Source of the DNA: a virus
DNA length: 64,000 bases
Reading direction: 5' to 3' (one strand)
Virus record (IMG/VR): IMGVR_UViG_3300042731_005759
Coordinates: 1 to 64,000 of that record
The position numbers and the translations under genes were made by a program. Below, one piece after another: positions 54,618 through 64,000 of this stretch (the stretch's first letter is position 1; each line of letters opens with the position of its first letter). The notes beneath the pieces are model-generated. The model was not told the origin of the DNA. It searched no databases and was given only the letters and a program-made list of their open reading frames with translations.

Positions 54618-57437
54618 ATGGCAAATTCAAACAGAGTATTCGTTTCTCCAGGTGTTTATACATCGGAGAAGGATTTAACGTTCGTAGCTCAGAGTGTGGG
54701 TGTAACCACATTGGGTTTAGCGGGTGAGACAATACAAGGTCCCGCGTTTGAACCTATACTAATAAGAAATTTCGATGAATTCAAAACATATTTTGGACCT
54801 ACTTCCCCGACTAAGTTTTCAGATGGTAATCCAAAATACGAATTAGGTTATGTGGCAAAATCATACCTACAAGAATCAAATCAACTTTTCGTTACGAGGG
54901 TTTTAGGTAAAACGGGATACAAGACAACAAAAACATTCGCAATAAAAACATTGGGTGGTGTCACTGTCGATACATCTTCTTCAAATTCAACAGTAGATAG
55001 TTTATCAGGTACAACCACTTCAATCGCAACATCAGCGTTTATTGCAGACTTATCAGGTAAAACAGCAACTGACGGAAGTTCTGTTCCTGATTTCATTAAT
55101 GATATTACAACGGCGGTAGATGGAACTTGGTGTACTTTAGGTCATGTAGACTCGGGTAACACGGCAAGTTTAGACAGTTCACTTGAGGTGGCAGGTCCTA
55201 TTGGTACTAATAGTAATAATAATTGGTATAACGTTTATCACAAGGTAAATGGTTTAGGTGAGATTGATGGTGTTTACTCATATCTATTTGTTTATAGTGG
55301 GGCAAACACAGGATGGACAATCACACAATTTGAATATAGTGCATCAGTTAACAGTGATTACGATGGTATTGTAGCGGCGGCATTTAGATCAAGAGGTGGT
55401 TATGACGGTGAGTCTTTAGAATTAGAGATTACTGCGAACACAGGTTTTACAGTTGCATCTACAGAAGCACAGACAGATCCATTAGGTGAATTTAGAATCA
55501 CTGCGGTTGGATCTACAAGTGGGTCTAAGACATTTGACTGTAATTTAGATACTGCTTCAACAAAATATATTGATAAAGTATTGGGTAGAGGTGTCTTTGA
55601 TAAAAATAGACAAGATTTCCCTGTATACGTTTTTGAAAGTTACCCTAACTTAATTAAGACTTTAAAATCAAAAGGTCTTATCAGAGGTTTAGACATTGAT
55701 AATGTTGTTTATCACAACGTATCAAATGATTTCGTTACACAATGGGATACCCCTTCTTCACCAACAGTAGTTTCTGAGGTTCGAGGTGGATCAGTATCTG
55801 ACTTATTTAGTGTAATCAGTATTTCTGATGGTAACATGGCAAACAAACAAATTAAAGTTCAAATTCAAAATATTGATATTGATAGTGGAGAATTTGATTT
55901 AATTATTAGAGATTTCAATGACACTGACGACAATGTAAGTGTATTAGAGAAATTCTCAAGATGTTCTATGAACCCTGATTTACCAGGTTATATTGGTAGA
56001 AAAGTAGGTACATCAGACGGTGAATATGAATTAAGATCTAAATACATAATGTTAAACTTAGCGGAGGATCATCCTGTAGATGCGTTCCCTGCAGGTTTCA
56101 AAGGTTTTGTATCTGATGTACTTGGATCAAGTAATTCTAAAATTGGTAATGTAATATTCAAAACACAATATTACGATGCGGGAGATACCATCGGTTATAC
56201 TGCAACAGGTGAACCTGAATTAACAAATGGAGACAAAGTTCGTAAAGTAACTTTAGGTTTATCAAGTCAAGCGGGTATCGATGCGGATTTATTCTCATAT
56301 AAAGGTACAGGGGCGGCAACCACTACACATGGTTTCCACTTATCAACCAACGCATCAGGAATCTCAGGTTATAAGACAACATCTTATGATTTAGAAGGTG
56401 TTAATAAAGGAAAATTAGAAAGTAAAACATTTAGAAAATTCACTTTCACGGTTTGTGGTGGATTTGATGGATGGGATATCTATAGAGGAACAAGAACTAA
56501 TGGAGATGGATATATCTTCGGTAAGAACACTTATGTAAGTGGACACACAACAAATGGTGGTGTATTCAGTTCTTCAGTAGGAAATTCTGATTACTACGCA
56601 TACTTAGAGGGTATTGAGACATTCTCTAACCCTGAGTCAGTAGACATTAACATTTTCGCAACACCAGGTATCAACTTCTATGGACACAGTTCATTAACTA
56701 ATCAGGCGATCGATATGATTGAGGACAATAGAGCGGATTCATTATATATCGTAAACGCACCTAACACTGATAATGTTGATGAAATCATTGACCAATTAGA
56801 CACAGTTGATTTAGATACTAACTATACGGCAACTTATTGGCCATGGATTCAGGTAAGAGACGGAGACAATGCAACACAATTATTTATTCCACCAACAGGT
56901 GAGGTAGTTAAGAATATTGCGTTGACAGATAACGTATCTTATCCATGGTTCGCAGTAGCGGGTTACCAAAGAGGTTTAGTAAACGCAATCAAAGCGAGAA
57001 AGAAATTAACTTTAGATAACAGAGACGACTTGTACAAAGCAAGAATTAACCCAATCGCAACATTCTCAGATACGGGAACTATTATTTGGGGTAACAAAAC
57101 TTTACAAGTTAGAGAATCTGCACTTGATAGAATCAACGTAAGAAGATTATTATTAAGAGCGAGAAAATTAATCTCGGCAGTCGCAGTAAGATTGTTATTT
57201 GAACAAAATGACGAACAAGTAAGAAATGAGTTCTTAAGATTAGTTAATCCTATTCTTGAATCAATTAAGAAAGAAAGAGGATTATATGAATTTAGAGTTG
57301 TTGTGTCAAACGACCCTGAAGACATTGATGCTAACACACTTAGAGGTAAGATTTATATCAAACCAACAAGATCGTTAGAATTCATTGACGTAGAATTCTT
57401 GATTACTCCAACAGGGGCATCATTCGAGAATATCTAA
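54618..57437 (+). CDS. Tail sheath protein (gp18-like)
   Basis: SPGVYTSEKD, GPAFEP, YWPW, PWFAVAG..RG, INPI, WGNKTL, DRINVRRLL and PTRSLEFI motifs. Confidence 0.96.
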   Translation: MANSNRVFVSPGVYTSEKDLTFVAQSVGVTTLGLAGETIQGPAFEPILIRNFDEFKTYFGPTSPTKFSDGNPKYELGYVAKSYLQESNQLFVTRVLGKTGYKTTKTFAIKTLGGVTVDTSSSNSTVDSLSGTTTSIATSAFIADLSGKTATDGSSVPDFINDITTAVDGTWCTLGHVDSGNTASLDSSLEVAGPIGTNSNNNWYNVYHKVNGLGEIDGVYSYLFVYSGANTGWTITQFEYSASVNSDYDGIVAAAFRSRGGYDGESLELEITANTGFTVASTEAQTDPLGEFRITAVGSTSGSKTFDCNLDTASTKYIDKVLGRGVFDKNRQDFPVYVFESYPNLIKTLKSKGLIRGLDIDNVVYHNVSNDFVTQWDTPSSPTVVSEVRGGSVSDLFSVISISDGNMANKQIKVQIQNIDIDSGEFDLIIRDFNDTDDNVSVLEKFSRCSMNPDLPGYIGRKVGTSDGEYELRSKYIMLNLAEDHPVDAFPAGFKGFVSDVLGSSNSKIGNVIFKTQYYDAGDTIGYTATGEPELTNGDKVRKVTLGLSSQAGIDADLFSYKGTGAATTTHGFHLSTNASGISGYKTTSYDLEGVNKGKLESKTFRKFTFTVCGGFDGWDIYRGTRTNGDGYIFGKNTYVSGHTTNGGVFSSSVGNSDYYAYLEGIETFSNPESVDINIFATPGINFYGHSSLTNQAIDMIEDNRADSLYIVNAPNTDNVDEIIDQLDTVDLDTNYTATYWPWIQVRDGDNATQLFIPPTGEVVKNIALTDNVSYPWFAVAGYQRGLVNAIKARKKLTLDNRDDLYKARINPIATFSDTGTIIWGNKTLQVRESALDRINVRRLLLRARKLISAVAVRLLFEQNDEQVRNEFLRLVNPILESIKKERGLYEFRVVVSNDPEDIDANTLRGKIYIKPTRSLEFIDVEFLITPTGASFENI

Positions 57438-57443
57438 TAGGAA

Positions 57444-57480
57444 ATAAAAAAGGAAAGGGAGAGTCAAACGACCCTCCCCT
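57444..57480 (-). terminator. Intrinsic terminator oriented on the minus strand (antisense to sheath and tube)
   Basis: Minus-strand RNA AGGGGAGGGUC-GUUU-GACUCUCCCUU followed by UCCUUUUUUAUUU. Two G:U pairs on the minus strand are A-C mismatches on the plus strand, which also lacks a U-tract. Confidence 0.65.
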
Positions 57481-57505
57481 ACCTTAAAGTAAAAATTGAG
57501 ATGAC

Positions 57506-57623
57506 ACCCAGTATTATACTGGTTATTTTTACTAGTTTTAATTATTATCTAAATATTAGTTATTAATCTTTACTAGTATTTACTGGGTAATAAAAAAATA
57601 AGTAAAAAATTTGACATTGTCAA
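57506..57623. repeat. Nested palindromes and imperfect inverted repeat in the sheath-tube intergenic region
   Basis: ACCCAGTA..ATACTGGT (57506-57523) against ACTAGTATTTACTGGGT (57572-57588), CCAGTAT-T-ATACTGG, two ACTAGT sites, and TTGACA-T-TGTCAA (57611-57623). Confidence 0.75.
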
Positions 57624-57712
57624 CCCAATTGGAACTAAAAACAAAAAATATTTCGAGAAGAGATATATTTATAATAAAGATAATAAAAGAAAACTAATTT
57701 AAAGACACAGAT

Positions 57713-58201
57713 ATGGCGGATTTATTAATGAAAATGCCCGTTCCTTATGAACCAAAAAGAGTTAACCGATTTATCGTTAGGTTTCCTTCTTCATTAGGTA
57801 TTAACGAATGGTTTGTTACTTCGGCGGCAAGACCAAGTGCAAAAATCAACTCGACTGAGATTCCGTTCCTCAATACTTCAACTTATGTTGCAGGTAGATT
57901 CGTATGGAATGAATTAAGAGTCACATTTAAGGACCCAATTGGACCTTCAGCGTCACAAGCATTGATGGAATGGTTCAGATTACACGCAGAGTCAGTAACA
58001 GGTAGAATGGGTTACGCTGCAGGATATAAGAAAGATATCGAATTAGAGATGTTAGACCCAACAGGAGTTGTGGTAGAGAAATGGATCCTACAAGGTACAT
58101 TTATCACAGACCTTAACTTCAATGAGTTAGACTACAACAACGATGCACTAGCCACTATCACATGTTCATTGAGAATGGATAGATGTATCCAAGTATATTA
58201 A
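57713..58201 (+). CDS. Tail tube protein (gp19-like)
   Basis: EPKRVNRF, YVAGRFVW, LMEW, YKKDI.L.MLDPTG.VVEKW.L.G.F motifs. Follows the sheath gene. Confidence 0.9.
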   Translation: MADLLMKMPVPYEPKRVNRFIVRFPSSLGINEWFVTSAARPSAKINSTEIPFLNTSTYVAGRFVWNELRVTFKDPIGPSASQALMEWFRLHAESVTGRMGYAAGYKKDIELEMLDPTGVVVEKWILQGTFITDLNFNELDYNNDALATITCSLRMDRCIQVY

Positions 58202-58222
58202 TAAAATCTGTCGAAATATTAG

Positions 58223-58256
58223 AAAAGAGGGGAATTTGTATAGTTTCCCTTTTTTT
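58223..58256 (+). terminator. Probable intrinsic terminator after the tail tube gene
   Basis: GGGGAAT/GTTTCCC stem followed by a T run. Confidence 0.5.
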
Positions 58257-58314
58257 ATGCAAAAACTTTACTTTCAGTTATTTATTAGTTACATTTTAAT
58301 AGAATAATATACGT

Positions 58315-59073
58315 ATGGAAAATCAAAGTAATATTGCAATAGACCCAACAATATCTTATGATGTAGTTGAATTACCAAGTAGAGGTATCTATTACCCTAA
58401 TGGTACAAAATCAGTAAAAGTCGCATACCTAACTGCGGCGGATGAGAATATACTATCATCTGCAAACTTAGTTGCGTCGGGTAAAGTTATTACAGAACTA
58501 CTAAGAAGAAAGGTACTTACAAAAGATATTGCACCTGAGGATTTGGTTCTTGAGGACCAACAAGCAATCCTTATCTTTTTAAGAAACACTGCATTTGGGA
58601 GTGAATTAAAACTTAAACTAAAAGACCCACAAACAAATGAAGACTTTGAACATACTGTCGATCTATCTGAACTAAGTTATAAAGAGTTCGATCTAAAACC
58701 TGATGAGAATGGTGAATATCCATATCACATGGAAAAATCGAATGTAGACATTACATTTACCTTTCTTACTAAATCTGACGAAGAAGAGTTATCTAACATC
58801 GAAAAAAGTTGGAACGGTATTGGAACCGCACCTATTATCACAAAACGATTAGAAAAAACAATCCAATCGATTGCAGGTAATAAAGACCCAATGAATAAAA
58901 GAAACTTCATAGAAAGATTACCTATTATAGATTCACAAAAATTTAGGAAATATTATAATGAAGTCAAACCAGGTGTCGACTTAAGACACCAAGTAATCGC
59001 CCCATCAGGAGAAAAAGTCAGGTTTAGTATCGACTTTGGGGTGGAGTTTTTTCGTCCTTTCTACGGAATATAG
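58315..59073 (+). CDS. Tail assembly chaperone / baseplate hub assembly protein (T4 gp26-like)
   Basis: VELPSRG..Y, LTAADENIL, ILIFLRNTAFG, PGVD and terminal FFRP motifs. Lies between the tube and tape measure genes. Confidence 0.75.
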   Translation: MENQSNIAIDPTISYDVVELPSRGIYYPNGTKSVKVAYLTAADENILSSANLVASGKVITELLRRKVLTKDIAPEDLVLEDQQAILIFLRNTAFGSELKLKLKDPQTNEDFEHTVDLSELSYKEFDLKPDENGEYPYHMEKSNVDITFTFLTKSDEEELSNIEKSWNGIGTAPIITKRLEKTIQSIAGNKDPMNKRNFIERLPIIDSQKFRKYYNEVKPGVDLRHQVIAPSGEKVRFSIDFGVEFFRPFYGI

Positions 59074-59206
59074 ACAAAATCAACTAACAGAAATACTTTT
59101 CCTTATCAGAAGAGGGTTCACTCATCGTGATATTCTCGAAATGCCCATTTATTTGAGAAAATACTACGTCGAACGACTTGTAGAAGTCGAAAAAAAGAAC
59201 GACTAA
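59051..59206 (+). CDS. Overlapping +1-frame ORF (gp51-like / GT-type extension), probably reached by frameshift
   Basis: FVLSTEYRQNQLTEILFLIRRGFTHRDILEMPIYLRKYYVERLVEVEKKND*. No upstream ATG in frame. Begins at TTT_TTT_CGT of the chaperone gene. Confidence 0.7.
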   Translation, partial: FVLSTEYRQNQLTEILFLIRRGFTHRDILEMPIYLRKYYVERLVEVEKKND

Positions 59207-59218
59207 GTATTTATCAGT

Positions 59219-61006
59219 ATGGATGAAAAGAAGATTCAAGATTTATATAAACAGGTCGCGGATGGTGATATGTCTCAAAGAGACTTCGAGCGTGCTATTG
59301 GGAAAATAAGACAAGAAATGCAAGGTACACCCACAAATAAAAATAGTGGGACTACGACAGGTGGAACAGAGAAATCGGCCGAGGGTATATTTGCAAAACT
59401 TCTTAAAGGTTCTTTAGAACAATCCGCATCACCTGAGTCACAAATTGACTTAGGTACAATCCTTTCAGAATATAAAAATATAAGAAGTCAACAAGGTGAT
59501 GATGGTGATATTATAACCGCACTTGGAAAAACCATAGGTAATGTTGCTGCAAACAGTATAGAGGAGTACGCGAAACAATCAAGTTTCTTATTAGGTGAAT
59601 TAAATGCGTCTGTTGGACTAACAGGACAATTATCCAAAGACTTTAGAGATGCAGTAAGAGAGGGTCAACCTGATTTAGAAAGATTAGGTTTAACTTTTAA
59701 AGATATTAGTGATGCAGCGGGTCAATTAGTTGAGAGTACAGGTAGGTTCACACTTGTAGGTACTGATATGTTAGTAAGGGCTGGTGAGATTGCAAAGGCA
59801 TACGGTATGAACATGTCTGATGTAACTGAGGCGTACTTTGACTTTGAAAAAGTAGGTATTGGTGCAGCTGAGGCACAGGAATCAATTGCAGATGCGGGGG
59901 CAAGATCGTTAGAATTAGGTCTACAATCTCGACAAACAATTGAAGGTATGATCGACAACATATCTAAACTAAATGAATACGGTTTTAAAGATGGTCAAGA
60001 CGGATTGGCGGAAATGGTTAGAACCGCAACAAGATTAAGATTTAGTCTCGAAAGTACGTTCCGTGTTGCAGATCAAGTATTTGAACCTGAAGGTGCGTTA
60101 GACTTAGCAGCGAACTTACAAGTATTAGGTGCTGCGTTTGGGGATTTCAATGATCCACTAAGACTTATGTATATGGCAACAAACGAAGTTGAAGGACTAC
60201 AAGAAGCGTTAGCGGGAGTTTCACAAAACTTAGCGGTTTATAACCAAGAAACAGGAAACTTCGAGGTTACAGGCACTAACCTTAGGATGGCACGAGACAT
60301 CGCAAAACAATTTGGTATTGACATTAAAGAGGTCACAAACTCGGCAATCGCAGCACAAGAGAGAGCACAAGCGGCACTTGCGTTAGACGGATTAAACATA
60401 GATGACGATAACAAAGAATTCTTGACAAACCTCTCAAGAATGAAAGACGGGGAGATGCAAATCGAACTACTGACACCTGAGTTACAAAGGGAGTTTAAGG
60501 GGACAACGATAAAATTGTCTGAATTAAACAATGAACAAGCACTTAAATTAAAAGAATATCAGGATGAGTTTACACAAATGTCCGAATCTGATATTGTTAG
60601 ACAACAAGCAACCACTGTAGAAAACATATCAAGAGATTTAAAATATATGATTGCACTTACAAGATTAGAAGTTGCTAATGTAGGTGATACGGCGTTGCAA
60701 CAATTTGTAGGTATGGACTTCAAAGACCTTGGTACGTACTTAAGTGGAGAAGAAGGTGCACAAGGTGTTACCGATAAGGTCGCAGAAATTATCAAGACAC
60801 AAGGACAAAATTTAAAAGATTTAATTAATTCGGTTAATCCAACAAATGATGGACAAACAAATAACTCGTCAACACAAACTGTAAATGTAACTCATACACA
60901 TACAGCGTCTAATAATACAGTTATGAAAATGGGACAAATGTTTGGAAAAATTAAGGACGCGACTATGACCGATCGAGATTTAAACAGAACCCAAGTAGTT
61001 AGATAG
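59219..61006 (+). CDS. Tape measure-like protein
   Basis: Helical Ala/Gly/Leu-rich 595-aa protein after the chaperone, with EGA...AANLQVLG and DPLRLMYMA motifs. Confidence 0.7.
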   Translation: MDEKKIQDLYKQVADGDMSQRDFERAIGKIRQEMQGTPTNKNSGTTTGGTEKSAEGIFAKLLKGSLEQSASPESQIDLGTILSEYKNIRSQQGDDGDIITALGKTIGNVAANSIEEYAKQSSFLLGELNASVGLTGQLSKDFRDAVREGQPDLERLGLTFKDISDAAGQLVESTGRFTLVGTDMLVRAGEIAKAYGMNMSDVTEAYFDFEKVGIGAAEAQESIADAGARSLELGLQSRQTIEGMIDNISKLNEYGFKDGQDGLAEMVRTATRLRFSLESTFRVADQVFEPEGALDLAANLQVLGAAFGDFNDPLRLMYMATNEVEGLQEALAGVSQNLAVYNQETGNFEVTGTNLRMARDIAKQFGIDIKEVTNSAIAAQERAQAALALDGLNIDDDNKEFLTNLSRMKDGEMQIELLTPELQREFKGTTIKLSELNNEQALKLKEYQDEFTQMSESDIVRQQATTVENISRDLKYMIALTRLEVANVGDTALQQFVGMDFKDLGTYLSGEEGAQGVTDKVAEIIKTQGQNLKDLINSVNPTNDGQTNNSSTQTVNVTHTHTASNNTVMKMGQMFGKIKDATMTDRDLNRTQVVR

Positions 61007-61070
61007 AATTTAACTCCAATCAAGTATATATTTTCGTTTTAAATCTATTTATCTTAATAAAGATAGTTAT

Positions 61071-64000
61071 ATGCCGAGTTATTTAGATTTTGATTCAACC
61101 GCTCAATTCAGAGATAGTATTTTAGCGAGGACCCTACAACAACCAAATGGTCCTCAAACATTTACTAATTCCTCTTATGCAGTTGAAACACTAAATGATT
61201 TTGCAAATACTGACCCAGGTGAGGTTGATACAAATTTAACTACTCTACTTCAAACACCTTCAACAAGAAACACATTTACGGTTGATGCATATGATGAAGT
61301 CAATCAACTAAGAGACATACCACGTCTAACCAACGACGGTCTTTATCCCTATTTCACAAATTCAGATTATAGTTTAGTTGGTATCATGGCGACTGAGAAC
61401 TATGATAATGAATCACGTTTGATGCAATTTGCGGCACGTAATATCAGGGAAAACTCACAAGGACCTGTACTGGCAAGAATAACTCAAAATTTAGTTGCCG
61501 CGACGTATGGTAGAGTAAGATTAATCGATGCATTAGAAGGAAACCTTGCAACCGCAACTAATATTGTTACAGGTAGAGAAGACTTAATAGAAAAAAATTA
61601 TAAGATTACCGTCGCTAAAACATTGGCGGGTAAGGCGATAGACTTTATACAAACGGTAGCGGGAGTTGAATTCCCTTGGAGTGAAATACCAGGTGATTAT
61701 TTAACTGACCCAAGAAACCCAATTAACAACAGACCCGAACCACAAACAGGTTTAGGTGCAATCATACAAGATGTTACAGGTGTTTTAGGTTCTTTAATTG
61801 GTATACAAAGAAGACCAAAACTAAGTAGAAAACCATCTGACCTGATGATTGAATATATGGGTAGTGGACAGAAAGATGTTCTATTTGATAACCTTAGATA
61901 TTCTACATATGCACCAAACTATACAAAAACCGCAAGATCACAACAATCGTCAAAACTCTTCAACTTCGTAAACCAAGTTGGGGATGCAATAAACGATGTC
62001 TTAGGTACAGGTGCACCAAGAGGACTTGCATATATTGGGGATGATAGAGGAGAAGATGTTAAATATGCTATGGGCGACTTCAATGATAATATTGTCAGAA
62101 GTAGTTACTATCTAAGTTTAATGTTTGATCAAGTACAAACAGAATTATTTAGGAGACAGGTTGGTATCCCTGAAGGAGGACCAATTGGTGGTAACTTAAC
62201 ATGGTATAGTAGTAACTCACAAAATAAATTAGGTGAGAACAATGATGAGTATAATTTAGAAAGATCACAATTAGAACAAAGTTTATCAAACACATATTCA
62301 TTTAGATCTGATTCTATATTAGGTAAAACACAAGAACTTTTAAATACAATGCCTTCTGATGGAGGGGCGGCAAGATCACACGTCGCAAATGCGATTGACC
62401 AAACAAGTAGAATTTTCAGAGAAGGAGACAAAATGATATCAAGAGGTTCCGCAATACAATATGTAGATAAGTTTGGTGGTGAAAGTGGTGTTGAATATTG
62501 TAGAGTGTGGACTAAAGACAATCCATATATGAATATGTCTGATACCATGAAGAGGACAGGTAACGTAAGAAAGTTTGATGATAGTGTAATGACAACACCA
62601 TGGAACTTAAACTACGGACCAATGTCAAACGGACAAGGAAGTTTCGAAGGTTCGTCTAACATTGTAAAAGGTGGTGATGGTTACTACGCAAAAAAATATA
62701 TGTTCTCCATAGAAAATTTGGCGTGGAAAACATCTAATCTACCTGGTTTCACATACAGTGACTTACCTTTCTGTGAAAGAGGTAATAATGGTGGTAGAGT
62801 AATGTGGTTTCCGCCATATGATTTAAAAGTTTCAGAACAAAACAATGCAAGATGGGAAAGTAATAACTTCTTAGGAAGACCTGAACCAATCTACACATAT
62901 CAAAATACAGAGAGATCGGGACAAATACAATTCAAAGTAATTGTTGACCACCCAAGTATTCTAAATCTTATGGTAAGTAAGGTCTTTAAAGATATGTCAG
63001 ATGAAGAAGCGGATAACTACATAAACGCTTTCTTCGCAGGATGTGAGGAAATTGATTTCTATAGTCTTATTAGAACATATACAACACTCACTAATGAAGA
63101 TATTAATAACATTAAAAAATATTTAGAAGCGGGTACAGATCCCGAAGTAATCAAAAAGATTAAGGTAGAACAAGGTGAAGCGGAGGATATAGAACCGATT
63201 GAACAAGAACCAATTGAACAAACAGCCGAAGAATTTAAAGTAACTTTGTTTTTCCCTAACGACATTCCGAAGATGGGGTCTAATCAAGTATCCGCTAAAG
63301 ATGACTACTCGACAGTAAAATCTATGTATGACACAATGTACGGTGGTGGTACAGGAGATTATATGCAAAAACTTGAAAACGGTCTAATATTATTATCAAA
63401 TAGTAATATAACGTCGGCAGTTAAAAACGATAAAAGAGTCATTTTTGGTAATGAAGACCAAGTAATAGACTCAACAAAAATCGATTTAATAAAAAATAAA
63501 ATTACATCCGCGTTTACTAAACTAAATTCAAATTACTCCGCATATGAAGATCAAATAACGAGTATAAAGACAAGAATAGAAAACAAAGAAATAAAAGAAG
63601 TCAAACTAACCGCAATAACAAGTACTTCTTCCATTGCGGGGGATGACTACAACATCAAACTATCTTTAAGAAGATCTCACAGTATACTTAAGGATGTTGT
63701 AAAAAGAATATCTAAAAATAACAAAGAAATTGAATGGACATCAACAGTACCCACTTCAGGATCAGAGGAAATCGATATCAATAGAGAGTACACTTTCAAA
63801 GAGCTAGGTTTTGAAGACGTTGAAGGTAAATTAATTATTGAGTCCACATCAGAAGGTGAAACCACGTCAGTAGACGCATCTGAATTTGGTGGTGGTGATA
63901 CTAACGTAGATTGTCACAACGACGAAATACAATCCAACACAAACCTTAAAAAGACGGCACCTGTCACTTTTTATTGTAGACAAGGAACTATTGACTTTAC
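61071..64000 (+). CDS. Large baseplate/tube-initiator protein with an OmpA-like segment (runs off the window end)
   Basis: ATG at 61071 (MPSYLDFDSTAQFRD...). Contains MWFPPYDL...W....FLGRPEPIYTY.NTERSG (gp48/54 tube-initiator-like) and in-frame YNIKLSLRRS at about 63648. Missing from the ORF track, consistent with no stop in the window. I spot-checked the frame rather than reading every codon. Confidence 0.7.
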   Translation, partial: MPSYLDFDSTAQFRDSILARTLQQPNGPQTFTNSSYAVETLNDFANTDPGEVDTNLTTLLQTPSTRNTFTVDAYDEVNQLRDIPRLTNDGLYPYFTNSDYSLVGIMATENYDNESRLMQFAARNIRENSQGPVLARITQNLVAATYGRVRLIDALEGNLATATNIVTGREDLIEKNYKITVAKTLAGKAIDFIQTVAGVEFPWSEIPGDYLTDPRNPINNRPEPQTGLGAIIQDVTGVLGSLIGIQRRPKLSRKPSDLMIEYMGSGQKDVLFDNLRYSTYAPNYTKTARSQQSSKLFNFVNQVGDAINDVLGTGAPRGLAYIGDDRGEDVKYAMGDFNDNIVRSSYYLSLMFDQVQTELFRRQVGIPEGGPIGGNLTWYSSNSQNKLGENNDEYNLERSQLEQSLSNTYSFRSDSILGKTQELLNTMPSDGGAARSHVANAIDQTSRIFREGDKMISRGSAIQYVDKFGGESGVEYCRVWTKDNPYMNMSDTMKRTGNVRKFDDSVMTTPWNLNYGPMSNGQGSFEGSSNIVKGGDGYYAKKYMFSIENLAWKTSNLPGFTYSDLPFCERGNNGGRVMWFPPYDLKVSEQNNARWESNNFLGRPEPIYTYQNTERSGQIQFKVIVDHPSILNLMVSKVFKDMSDEEADNYINAFFAGCEEIDFYSLIRTYTTLTNEDINNIKKYLEAGTDPEVIKKIKVEQGEAEDIEPIEQEPIEQTAEEFKVTLFFPNDIPKMGSNQVSAKDDYSTVKSMYDTMYGGGTGDYMQKLENGLILLSNSNITSAVKNDKRVIFGNEDQVIDSTKIDLIKNKITSAFTKLNSNYSAYEDQITSIKTRIENKEIKEVKLTAITSTSSIAGDDYNIKLSLRRSHSILKDVVKRISKNNKEIEWTSTVPTSGSEEIDINREYTFKELGFEDVEGKLIIESTSEGETTSVDASEFGGGDTNVDCHNDEIQSNTNLKKTAPVTFYCRQGTIDF

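Noticed and set aside
1-64000. Alternative genetic code (stop-codon reassignment)
   Set aside because: Core genes are full length in the standard code, TAA, TAG and TGA all end genes at sensible positions, and the only tRNA is Glu.

Overview
This window is part of a large, AT-rich, T4-related (Caudoviricetes, contractile-tailed) phage genome read in the standard genetic code. The host is most likely Bacteroidota, based on a phage-encoded Bacteroidota-type bS21, a DUF4494-like gene, a TTG-N20-TAnnTTTG promoter and the general lack of Shine-Dalgarno motifs. It covers a tRNA-Glu, a lysis pair, divergent ClpC-like and Hsp20 genes, the head module (terminase, portal, bS21, protease, scaffold, major capsid protein) and a minus-strand block with baseplate genes, the late sigma factor, three glycosyltransferases, PhoH and dUTPase. 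Further on are a WYL/repeat-protein operon, a cluster of Pro/Thr-rich mucin-like proteins including a trypsin-like protease, PolB, an SNF2 helicase, neck genes and the tail module (sheath, tube, chaperone, tape measure, partial baseplate protein). The main unexplained signals are: (1) mucin-like P/T-linker proteins that share identical DNA segments across different genes and co-occur with phage glycosyltransferases; (2) a probable +1 (or -2) frameshift at TTT_TTT_CGT in the tail chaperone; (3) two unannotated minus-strand non-coding transcript candidates, each with its own promoter-like motif and terminator (about 2240-2361 and 57445-57623); (4) a recurring TATTTAT late-promoter motif that often lies 4-6 nt from the ATG, suggesting leaderless mRNAs; (5) a shared x-R-[IM]-K-x-L motif and [ILV]-x-E cleavage-like sites in putative head-packaged polyproteins; (6) a 47-aa tandem-repeat protein; and (7) several enzymes with degenerate catalytic motifs. 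All family assignments come from motif recognition by eye, with no database searches.
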